From Prevotellaceae bacterium UBA1746 (GTDB lineage Bacteria; Bacteroidota; Bacteroidia; Bacteroidales; Bacteroidaceae), in NCBI GenBank assembly GCA_905369775.1, contig CAJPJR010000002.1, positions 44,427-108,426 of the forward strand: DNA of 64,000 nucleotides, given 5' to 3'. The position numbers and the translations under genes are program-made. The first letter of the stretch is position 1. Each line of letters opens with the position of its first letter. Below are positions 19,627-27,767 of this stretch, one piece after another. The notes beneath the pieces were generated by a model, which searched no databases, had not been told where the DNA came from, and was given only the letters and a program-made list of their open reading frames with translations.

Positions 19627-20658
19627 ATGTTCAGAAAAATCTTTGGCGTGCTCCTGCTCGCCACCGCAGCTTTCGCCTTCGGCGCCTGCGACAAGGACAA
19701 CAACGAAAAGCGACAGCCCACACCGCAGCCTCAACCTGCGCCCACCGAAGAAGTGGAACCGGTGCGTGCCGAACTCACCCTGGCCGGCGGACACTTCCAC
19801 GGCGTGGCTTTCCACCAAGATGCCGACGCGCAGGGCATTACTTATAAGAAAGCTGTGCAACACCTCACCTTTGTGCGCAAAGGCGACACTTGGGAACTCG
19901 AGAAAGGCAGTGCCGATGCCTTCCGCGTGTTGAGTTCCAGGCAATATCTCTATCCTTACGGTCTTTGGATCAAGTATTACGATGCCAAGGGCCAAGACAT
20001 CACGCCCATCATTGCTGAGAACGGCGAAAGTCGCGCACACCAGCACTTCTTTGTGCCCTCGGAGGTGAAGCCAACCTTCGATGGAACCGCCGAAAAAGAC
20101 GATCAAATCGCCGATTCGCTCCTCAACTATGTCTATATGGACACCAATCCGACCAACGGCATCCTGAAATCGACCACCGACAAGGCAACGGGGCAAACGA
20201 TTCCCGCAGCGAAACTCACCGGATCGAAGGTGGTGGGACAAAATGCCCTCGGCGACATTTTCGAACCGCTTAACCCCATCGGCATGAAGGGTTTCTTCCA
20301 GTTTAAGAAACCGCGCAAATCGTTCGTGCTCACCGTGACGCTCTTCCACTTCGACGGCGATGCTAAATTCCCCGGCGGCAAACCTTCGCCCTTCTTCGCC
20401 CCCACGGCCGGACAGTTGGCCACGGGTCACCGCGAAGTGGTGCTCCGCGTGCCGTTTGTGGTCTACGCCTCGCGCGAAGAAACGGGCGATTGGGAAACCC
20501 TCGACGCTGTGCCTTACGCCCAACTCCGCCCGGCCGAACAGCGCTTGGTGCTTTCCACCGCTCGCGCCTATGGCATCTCCGAAGAACTGGCCACCAAAGA
20601 TTGGTTTGCCCACATTCTCGGCGAAGTGGACAAGGAGAGCGGTGCGCTCTGGTTCTGA
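19627..20658 (+). CDS. lipoprotein, TonB-receptor-associated, paralog 2 (function unknown)
   Basis: Lipobox AFAFGACDKDNN. IKYYDAKGQDITPIIAENGESRAHQHFFVP, PIGMKGFFQFKKPR and SPFFAPTAGQL align with paralog 1; it has an additional about 60-aa C-terminal extension. Confidence 0.75.
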   Translation: MFRKIFGVLLLATAAFAFGACDKDNNEKRQPTPQPQPAPTEEVEPVRAELTLAGGHFHGVAFHQDADAQGITYKKAVQHLTFVRKGDTWELEKGSADAFRVLSSRQYLYPYGLWIKYYDAKGQDITPIIAENGESRAHQHFFVPSEVKPTFDGTAEKDDQIADSLLNYVYMDTNPTNGILKSTTDKATGQTIPAAKLTGSKVVGQNALGDIFEPLNPIGMKGFFQFKKPRKSFVLTVTLFHFDGDAKFPGGKPSPFFAPTAGQLATGHREVVLRVPFVVYASREETGDWETLDAVPYAQLRPAEQRLVLSTARAYGISEELATKDWFAHILGEVDKESGALWF

Positions 20659-20835
20659 TTTTCGCTCAGATCGACACACCGGCTATATTTTATTTCCCGA
20701 TGCCGTGATGAAACCGCACGTCTTTTCGGGAAAGTCCACCGAATTGCCCCAATTCATCGGCAGTTCGCAAAGACATGATCCCACATGCCTTCCCCGGTTC
20801 GCTCATTTCGGCGGATATTCGGGGAGGCACTGAGC

Positions 20836-20876
20836 AGCACCGCACGTTTTTCCCGAAACGTGCGGTGCTTTGGTTT
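20836..20876 (+). terminator. intrinsic terminator after the lipoprotein pair
   Basis: agcaccgcacgttt-ttcccg-aaacgtgcggtgct forms a 14-bp perfect stem, followed by ttggttt. Confidence 0.55.
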
Positions 20877-20937
20877 CTCAGCGCGAAGGCAACTGACGAA
20901 AAGGGGCTAAATGTTTGTCTTTCCGCCGATAAACGTG

Positions 20938-20945
20938 TAAATTTG
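20938..20945 (+). promoter_or_regulatory. -7 promoter box TAAATTTG upstream of dapB
   Basis: TAnnTTTG 23 nt upstream of ATG 20968. Confidence 0.4.
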
Positions 20946-20967
20946 CTCATCAGTAAAACCCTTTCTT

Positions 20968-21723
20968 ATGAAAATAGCACTCATCGGATACGGAAAAATG
21001 GGCAAAATGATCGAATCCATCGCCAAATCGCGTGGACACGAAATCGTTTCGATCATTGATGTCGACAACCGCGCCGACTTTGACACCGACGCTTTCCGCT
21101 CGGCAGACGTAGCCATCGAATTCACCACCCCCACCGCAGCCTACGAAAACTATCGGCAGGCTTGGGCGCAAGGCGTCAAGGTGGTGAGCGGATCGACAGG
21201 TTGGCTCGCGCAGCACGAAGCCGACGTGCGAAAGGCCTGCACCGCCGAGGGGCACACGCTCTTCTGGGCTTCGAACTTCTCGCTCGGCGTGGCTATCTTT
21301 TCGGCCGTGAACAAATATCTGGCCAAAATCATGAACGCTTATCCCGACTACGACGTTTCGATGGTGGAAACACACCATGTGCACAAACTCGACGCGCCGT
21401 CGGGAACGGCCATCACGCTGGCGGAACAGATCGTGGAGCGCTTGGACCGAAAAACAGCGTGGGTGAAGGGCGAAGTGCACGAAGCCGACGGCTCTGTCAC
21501 GGGCACGACCGAGCATGCGCCCGACACATTGCGCATCGATGCGGTGCGGCGTGACGAGGTGCCGGGCATTCACACCGTGACTTACACCTCGGAGGCCGAC
21601 AGCATCACCATCACGCACGACGCCCATTCGCGACGTGGGTTTGCTCTCGGGGCAGTACTTGCCGCAGAATACACAGCGCAGCACACAGGACTCCTCTCCA
21701 CCGACGACCTCTTCGACTTCTAA
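20968..21723 (+). CDS. dapB: 4-hydroxy-tetrahydrodipicolinate reductase
   Basis: MKIALIGYGKMGKMIE Rossmann N-terminus; ETHHVHKLDAPSGTA (DapB active-site region). Confidence 0.92.
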   Translation: MKIALIGYGKMGKMIESIAKSRGHEIVSIIDVDNRADFDTDAFRSADVAIEFTTPTAAYENYRQAWAQGVKVVSGSTGWLAQHEADVRKACTAEGHTLFWASNFSLGVAIFSAVNKYLAKIMNAYPDYDVSMVETHHVHKLDAPSGTAITLAEQIVERLDRKTAWVKGEVHEADGSVTGTTEHAPDTLRIDAVRRDEVPGIHTVTYTSEADSITITHDAHSRRGFALGAVLAAEYTAQHTGLLSTDDLFDF

Positions 21724-21787
21724 AACAGAACCGGGGCTTCATCGTGCCGAAGAGGCGGAATGAGCCCCATTTCATCGAAAAATACTC

Positions 21788-23218
21788 ATGGATAAAAAGC
21801 CAAAAATCACCACCCGACAGTGGGTCACCCTCGGCATTGTCCTCCCGCTCTATCTCCTTTTCCTCTATTGGGTGGAATCTTGGTGGGGCTTGTTGCTCGT
21901 GCCCTTTATCATCGATTTCTACACCACACGTTTCATCGATTGGTACTGGTGGCGCAAATCCTCCAGCGGGGTCGTGCGGACGCTCATGGGGTGGGTCGAT
22001 GCCATTGTCTTTGCCTTGGTGGCCATCTACTTCCTGAATCTCTATTTCTTCCAGAATTTCGTCATCCCCTCCTCGTCTTTGGAGAAAACCCTCCTGACGG
22101 GCGATTATCTGCTGGTGTCGAAACTGAGCTACGGCCCGCGCATTCCGCAAACGCCGCTGACGATGCCCCTCACCCAGCACAATCTGCCCGTGTGGTTGGG
22201 CGGTGGCAAGAGCTACGTCGAATGGCCGAAATGGGACTACCGGCGTGTCAAAGGCTTCGGGCAGGTGAAGCCCGGAGACATCGTGGTGTTCAACTACCCC
22301 TCGGGCGATACGGTGGCCAACAACTTTCAGGCGCAGGATTATTACCAATTGGTCTACTCCACAGGCGCACAGGCGCTCGGCGTGAACGAGCCTTCTGACT
22401 CCCTGGCTCCGGCTGTTCAACGCATAGCCTATGAAAAAATCTATGCCGTCGGGCATAACATGCTCTGGTCGGAGCCTTCGGTGGGCGGCATCATCGCTCG
22501 CCCCGTCGATCGCCGCGAGAATTACGTGAAACGCTGTGTCGGCGGACCGGGACAGACCCTGCAGATCAAAAACAACGTGATCTATCTCGACGGCAAAGCC
22601 CAACCGCAGCCCAAAGACGTGCAGTTCAACTATCTCGTGCACTTCAAACGGCTCCCGACTCCCGATTTCTGCAAAGAAAACGAGATCACCGAGGAAGATC
22701 TCCAGCGCAACGAGGCCGGCACGGTGACGATGCCGCTCACCGAGGCGCTGCGCCAAAAATTAGAGCGCATGCCGGACTTCTGTGACAAGCCGGTGAAAGC
22801 GCCGAGCTTCGACCAATGGCTCTTCCCGCTCGACATGGCGAAGAAATGGTCGACTTCGGACTACGGTCCGCTCTGGATTCCGAAACGCGGAGCCACGATC
22901 AAACTGACTCTCGCCAACCTGCCGATCTACGAACGCTGCATCGCGGTCTACGAAGGCAACCGCCTGGAGGTGAACGGCGGAAAGATCCTCATCAACGGCC
23001 ATGCCGTCGACAGTTACACCTTCAAGATGGACTACTACTGGATGATGGGCGACAATCGCGACAACTCGGCCGACTCGCGCTTCTGGGGTTTTGTGCCCGA
23101 AGACCACATTGTGGGCAAACCGCTCATGGTTTGGATTTCGCTCGACAAGGACTACGGCCTGTTTGACGGAAAGATTCGCTGGAATCGTTTCTTCAAATGG
23201 GTGGCCGACATCAAATAA
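21788..23218 (+). CDS. lepB: signal peptidase I
   Basis: Long Bacteroidota-type LepB. SSSLEKTLLTGDYLLVSK is the Ser box; KRCVGGPGQT, YYWMMGDNRDNSADSRFWGFVPEDHIVGKP are boxes D/E. dapB-lepB adjacency is the conserved arrangement. Confidence 0.9.
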   Translation: MDKKPKITTRQWVTLGIVLPLYLLFLYWVESWWGLLLVPFIIDFYTTRFIDWYWWRKSSSGVVRTLMGWVDAIVFALVAIYFLNLYFFQNFVIPSSSLEKTLLTGDYLLVSKLSYGPRIPQTPLTMPLTQHNLPVWLGGGKSYVEWPKWDYRRVKGFGQVKPGDIVVFNYPSGDTVANNFQAQDYYQLVYSTGAQALGVNEPSDSLAPAVQRIAYEKIYAVGHNMLWSEPSVGGIIARPVDRRENYVKRCVGGPGQTLQIKNNVIYLDGKAQPQPKDVQFNYLVHFKRLPTPDFCKENEITEEDLQRNEAGTVTMPLTEALRQKLERMPDFCDKPVKAPSFDQWLFPLDMAKKWSTSDYGPLWIPKRGATIKLTLANLPIYERCIAVYEGNRLEVNGGKILINGHAVDSYTFKMDYYWMMGDNRDNSADSRFWGFVPEDHIVGKPLMVWISLDKDYGLFDGKIRWNRFFKWVADIK

Positions 23219-23372
23219 AAGCGGAATCATCGGGGAGCAGCTGCATAAAAGACACCCGCTCTCCTCAATTCCTCCCCATTCTGCCGCCGCAGCTCCGCCC
23301 TGTGCTGAGCGGCGGCGGCTGTTTTTCGGCACCGCGCCGCCGGTGTCTGCTTCTGTTTCCCCTTCTGTTCTC

Positions 23373-24041
23373 ATGATCCACCTCCTTTCGTCGGCCTATC
23401 TGGGCCCCGTTCATTATTACACCAAGCTCTTCGACGGCACCCCGGTGATCGAAGAGCGTTGCGACCACTATGTGAAGCAAACCTACCGCAATCGCTGCCT
23501 CATTGCCACGGCCGACGGCGTGTTGCCGCTCACCGTGCCGGTGCAAGGCCGCAGCCGAGCACAAGGGGGCGACTCGAAAACGCCGATGCACGAGATGCGT
23601 CTCTCCGAACACGGACGCTGGCGGGAGATGCACCTCAATGCGCTGACTGCGGCCTACGAGCGCACGCCGTATTTCGAATATTACGTCGATGAATTCGCCG
23701 AAATCTATCGTACGCCCTTCGAACGTCTGGTCGATTTCAACGCGGCTTTTCAGCAATTGGTGCTGCGACTGCTCGACATGACACCGCAATGGAGTGCCAA
23801 CGAGGGGGACTATTTGCGCGCCGACGAGCATCGCGATATGATCGATTGGCGCGAAAAGATCCGTCCCAAGGTGTCGCCGGACTTCGACCCCACGTTTCGC
23901 CCTGCACCTTACTACCAGGTGTTTGCGGACCGCAATGGTTTTCTGCCCAACCTGAGTATTGTCGATTTGCTTTTCAATATGGGGCCGGAAAGTCGACTCG
24001 TTTTGCGCGATTCCATCGTGCCGAGTCCGGAACATCCGTGA
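23373..24041 (+). CDS. WbqC-like family protein
   Basis: Internal ATG of ORF 23091..24041. MIHLLSSAYLGPVHYYTKL...YRNRCLIATADG is the typical WbqC-like N-terminus. Confidence 0.7.
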   Translation: MIHLLSSAYLGPVHYYTKLFDGTPVIEERCDHYVKQTYRNRCLIATADGVLPLTVPVQGRSRAQGGDSKTPMHEMRLSEHGRWREMHLNALTAAYERTPYFEYYVDEFAEIYRTPFERLVDFNAAFQQLVLRLLDMTPQWSANEGDYLRADEHRDMIDWREKIRPKVSPDFDPTFRPAPYYQVFADRNGFLPNLSIVDLLFNMGPESRLVLRDSIVPSPEHP

Positions 24042-24170
24042 TCTCCATGTCGCCGGTGTCCGGTCTTTGGCTTGAAAACTGATCGCTTCAAAGCTTCACC
24101 GCCCGAAATGGGCGACCGGCCCGACACAAAAATCCGACCGGCGCGCAAAGTCTCGGCACAACAGGCCACA

Positions 24171-24215
24171 AAAAAACGCCGCACACGAAATTTCCTTCGT
24201 GTGCGGCGGTGTTTG
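24171..24215. terminator. bidirectional intrinsic terminator between convergent WbqC-like gene and bcp
   Basis: aaaaaa-cgccgcacacgaa-atttcc-ttcgtgtgcggcg-gtgtttgtt forms a 13-bp perfect stem. Confidence 0.6.
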
Positions 24216-24272
24216 TTGCAGCCTATGCCCAATTAGGTGCGCCAAGCACGAGGCGTGTCGGGCAAAGGGGGC

Positions 24273-24740
24273 TTATTCTTTGGGACTGACGGCCTTCAGA
24301 ATTTGCTCGGCGTGGATTTTGGTGCGAATCTGTCCGGGCGTGAAGATGCGCTCCACACATCCCTTTTCGTCGATGAGGAACGTGGTGCGCAAGAGGCCGA
24401 CGGTGATGCGACCATAGCGGTTTTTCTCGCCCCACACCCCCATGGCTTCGATGAGTTGCTTGTCGGTGTCGGCGATCAGCGGGAAAGGCAACGATTGTGC
24501 GGCGGCAAATTTGCGGTGGCTTTCGGCCGAATCGGCACTCACGCCCACGATGTCGTAGCCCAACGATTGCAATTCGGCGAAATGATCGCGCAGCGAACAG
24601 GCTTCGGCCGTACAACCGGGGGTGGAATCTTTGGGGTAGAAATAAAGTATGACCTTGCGGCCGGCGAAATCGCTCATGCGCACTTCGCGACCTTCTTGAT
24701 CGTGTCCGAGCACTTCGGGCACTTTGTCTCCAATTTGCAT
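24273..24740 (-). CDS. bcp: thioredoxin-dependent peroxiredoxin (Bcp)
   Basis: FYPKDSTPGCTAEAC contains the peroxidatic and resolving Cys in a 155-aa 1-Cys/2-Cys Prx Q fold. Confidence 0.9.
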   Translation of the reverse strand: MQIGDKVPEVLGHDQEGREVRMSDFAGRKVILYFYPKDSTPGCTAEACSLRDHFAELQSLGYDIVGVSADSAESHRKFAAAQSLPFPLIADTDKQLIEAMGVWGEKNRYGRITVGLLRTTFLIDEKGCVERIFTPGQIRTKIHAEQILKAVSPKE

Positions 24741-25043
24741 AGTTGAAATGAGTTGTTAGGTTGTGCGATGGAAAGACAAAGGTGCATTTTCTCCGGCACT
24801 CCACCAAATGGTCGAAGGAATAAAGCGTTCTCGACATATCCCCGACCTTTTGTTTTGCCAACCACAAACAACGAACTGCGCACACCGCAATAGCGGCAAG
24901 ACACTGCGAGTTTTTGCGGACAAAGGTTGGCTATGTCGGGCGCGTGGCGTAACTTTGCAATGCCCTCATGCGCCGTTTGGGCTGCTCCCTTCGGCACACG
25001 AGGTCAACGCAACGCATCACCATACAAACTCACAGCATACACA

Positions 25044-25790
25044 ATGAAAAGAATCGTTTTGCTCCGCCACGGCCAAAGCCAGTGGAACCTCGAAAACCGC
25101 TTCACCGGTTGGACTGATGTGGATCTCACCGCACAGGGTGAGGAAGAAGCCCGCAAAGCTGGTGCCCTCCTCAAGAAAGAAGGCTTCAAATTCGGCATGG
25201 CCTACACCTCGTACCTGAAACGCGCCATCAAGACGCTCAACAACGTGCTCGACACGATGAACGAGGACTGGATCCCCGTGCAGAAGTCCTGGCGTCTGAA
25301 CGAAAAGCACTACGGCATGCTTCAAGGCCTCAACAAGAGCGAGACCGCTGCCAAGTATGGCGAAGAACAAGTGCTCATTTGGCGCCGTAGCTTCGACATT
25401 GCGCCCGATCCCATCGCTGAAGACGACAAAGAGCGCAACGCCAAGTACGAAGATCGCTATGCTGAGGTGCCCGACGCCGAACTGCCCCGCACCGAATCGC
25501 TCAAGGACTGCATCGGTCGCACACTTCCCTACTGGACGGCCGTGATTTTCCCCACGCTCAAGAAGGTGGACGACCTGCTCGTGGTGGCACACGGTAACAG
25601 CCTCCGCGGTGTGATCAAACACCTCAAGGGCATCAGCGACAAAGACATCATCAGCCTCAACCTCCCCACGGCACTTCCCTACGTGTTCGAGTTTGACGAT
25701 GATCTCAACCTCGTGAAAGACTATTTCCTCGGCGACCCCGAAGAAATCAAGAAGCTCCAAGAAGCTGTGGCCAACCAAGGTAAGAAATAA
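25044..25790 (+). CDS. gpmA: 2,3-bisphosphoglycerate-dependent phosphoglycerate mutase
   Basis: [29 protein letters not shown] is the classic RHG motif N-terminus. Confidence 0.93.
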   Translation: MKRIVLLRHGQSQWNLENRFTGWTDVDLTAQGEEEARKAGALLKKEGFKFGMAYTSYLKRAIKTLNNVLDTMNEDWIPVQKSWRLNEKHYGMLQGLNKSETAAKYGEEQVLIWRRSFDIAPDPIAEDDKERNAKYEDRYAEVPDAELPRTESLKDCIGRTLPYWTAVIFPTLKKVDDLLVVAHGNSLRGVIKHLKGISDKDIISLNLPTALPYVFEFDDDLNLVKDYFLGDPEEIKKLQEAVANQGKK

Positions 25791-26242
25791 TTACCGCCGG
25801 GCGGCGACAGCATTCGCCTATAATTATTGCGCATCTTGCCCAAACAGCAAGATGCGCTTTCGCGTTTTGTGAATGGTGGCGAGCCAAAAGGACGGACAGC
25901 CCCGCTTCCGCAGATTCGGAAGCGGCACCTGCTTGGAAACGACGACACAAGATCGGCGCGAATCGAGGCTCCGCGTTGCATTTTCTCCCAAAGCAGAGCT
26001 AAAAACCACGGTTTCATCGAGAAAACCCCGCACATCGGTGTGCACTGCTTCGGAGGATATGCGCGGCCGTTCCCCATATAATAATGTACCCCTCGACGGC
26101 CCTAAAAAAACGGGATTCGGAGCAGAAAAATCCGGAAAATATTTTGCTTGAAATCAACAACTTGACTTCACATTACTGAAGCTTCATTCCAGGGGTGGGG
26201 GAAAATTCGTCACAGCGTCCGACCTATCTGCAGATTTATTAC

Positions 26243-26250
26243 TAACTTTG
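26243..26250 (+). promoter_or_regulatory. -7 promoter box TAACTTTG upstream of rsmH (dcw cluster promoter)
   Basis: TAnnTTTG 29 nt upstream of ATG 26279. Confidence 0.4.
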
Positions 26251-26278
26251 CTCGCTACTATATCGTAAATCTCACCAC

Positions 26279-27229
26279 ATGCCCACGCTCTGTCCCACTT
26301 ATCACGTTCCGGTGCTGCTCAGCGAGACTGTCGACGGCCTCAATGTGCGCCCTGACGGCACGTATGTCGACGCCACATTCGGCGGAGGCGGTCACAGCCG
26401 CGAAATTCTCCGACGCCTCGGGGCAAAAGGTCGGCTTTATGGCTTCGATCAGGATGCCGACGCCCGAAACAACGTGCCCGAAGACGAGCGGTTCACCTTT
26501 GTGGCCGCCAACTTCCGTTTCCTTCCCAACTGGATGCGCTATTACGGTGAAATCGAGGGGGTGGATGGTGTGTTGGCCGATTTGGGCGTGTCGAGCCACC
26601 ACTTCGACGACGAAACACGCGGATTTTCTTTCCGATTTGACGCGCCGCTCGACATGCGCATGAACACACGCGGCGGAAACACCGCCGCCGATGTGCTCAA
26701 CACGTATGAGGAGGAGCAATTGGCTCGCATCTTCCAACTTTTCGGCGAACTGAAAAATGCGCGGCGGCTGGCTTCGGCCATCGTCAAGGCGAGAGGCACC
26801 AAGCCATTGGCGCAGATTGCCGATTTGTTGGCGTGTGTCCATCCACTCGTACCGAAAGAACGCGAGAAAAAGGACTTGGCCAAGGTGTTTCAGGCGCTGC
26901 GCATTGAGGTGAACCACGAAATGGATGTGCTCCGCGCACTGCTCGAAGGTGCACTCCGCGTGCTCAAGCCCGGAGGCCGACTTTCGATTCTTACTTACCA
27001 CAGTCTCGAAGATCGTATGGTGAAGAACTTCATGCGGGCGGGCAACATCGAAGGAAAAGTGGAACAAGATTTCTACGGCAACCGCTTGGCGCCGATGAAA
27101 CCGGTCAACAACAAAGTGATCGTGCCCTCGGCCGAGGAACAAGCTCAAAACCCCAGAAGCCGAAGCGCGAAATTGCGTGTGGCAGAAAAATGCGTAACTG
27201 TGCAAGGACGTCCGCAACATGAAAGATAA
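26279..27229 (+). CDS. rsmH: 16S rRNA (cytosine1402-N4)-methyltransferase
   Basis: HVPVLLSETVDGL...DATFGGGGHSREIL is diagnostic of the MraW/RsmH family. Confidence 0.93.
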   Translation: MPTLCPTYHVPVLLSETVDGLNVRPDGTYVDATFGGGGHSREILRRLGAKGRLYGFDQDADARNNVPEDERFTFVAANFRFLPNWMRYYGEIEGVDGVLADLGVSSHHFDDETRGFSFRFDAPLDMRMNTRGGNTAADVLNTYEEEQLARIFQLFGELKNARRLASAIVKARGTKPLAQIADLLACVHPLVPKEREKKDLAKVFQALRIEVNHEMDVLRALLEGALRVLKPGGRLSILTYHSLEDRMVKNFMRAGNIEGKVEQDFYGNRLAPMKPVNNKVIVPSAEEQAQNPRSRSAKLRVAEKCVTVQGRPQHER

Positions 27230-27740
27230 TATCCCACTCGACGACACGACTCCCGACCCAAACAACACGGAACAGGAAACCGCCACGTCCCAACGGCCGA
27301 CAACTGAGCCCCAAAAGGAGAAAAAGAACTCGACTCCGGGCGCCGAGGGAAAAGAGCCGAATGAGGACGACATCGTCTTGCCTTCGGTCATCGAAATGAC
27401 CGACGACGAGCTGTTCTTCAGCGGGAAAGCTTTCCTCGATCTCGTCAGCGGTACGATGCTGAGCGAGAAATTTCGCCGCAACTGGGGATTTATCTTGCTC
27501 ATCGTGGCGCTTGTGCTGAGTTCTGTGGCTTTGGGCTATCTCACCCGCGCTGAGATGATCGAAAACGACCGCCTCAGCCGCGAAGCACTCAATTGGCGCT
27601 ATAAAGCACTGACGCGTTCGAGCGAACTGAGGGAGCGAACCTTGCGATCGAACATCGAAAATCGCCTGCCCGACTCCACCCTTCGCACACCGACCGAGAG
27701 TCCCTATGAACTTCCGGTAGAGAAAGAAGAAGAAAAATAA
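27219..27740 (+). CDS. ftsL: cell division protein FtsL-like (Bacteroidota type)
   Basis: It sits between rsmH and ftsI and overlaps the rsmH end by 11 nt. It has a single TM helix (GFILLIVALVLSSVALGYL) followed by a coiled-coil region. Confidence 0.6.
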   Translation: MKDNIPLDDTTPDPNNTEQETATSQRPTTEPQKEKKNSTPGAEGKEPNEDDIVLPSVIEMTDDELFFSGKAFLDLVSGTMLSEKFRRNWGFILLIVALVLSSVALGYLTRAEMIENDRLSREALNWRYKALTRSSELRERTLRSNIENRLPDSTLRTPTESPYELPVEKEEEK

Positions 27741-27767
27741 GAACCACCCGGTGTAGATCCGCTGCGT

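Noticed and set aside
23091-23372. Upstream extension of the WbqC-like ORF overlapping the lepB 3' end.
   Set aside because: The extension overlaps the lepB coding sequence in another frame and is low-complexity. The conserved WbqC N-terminus starts at ATG 23373.
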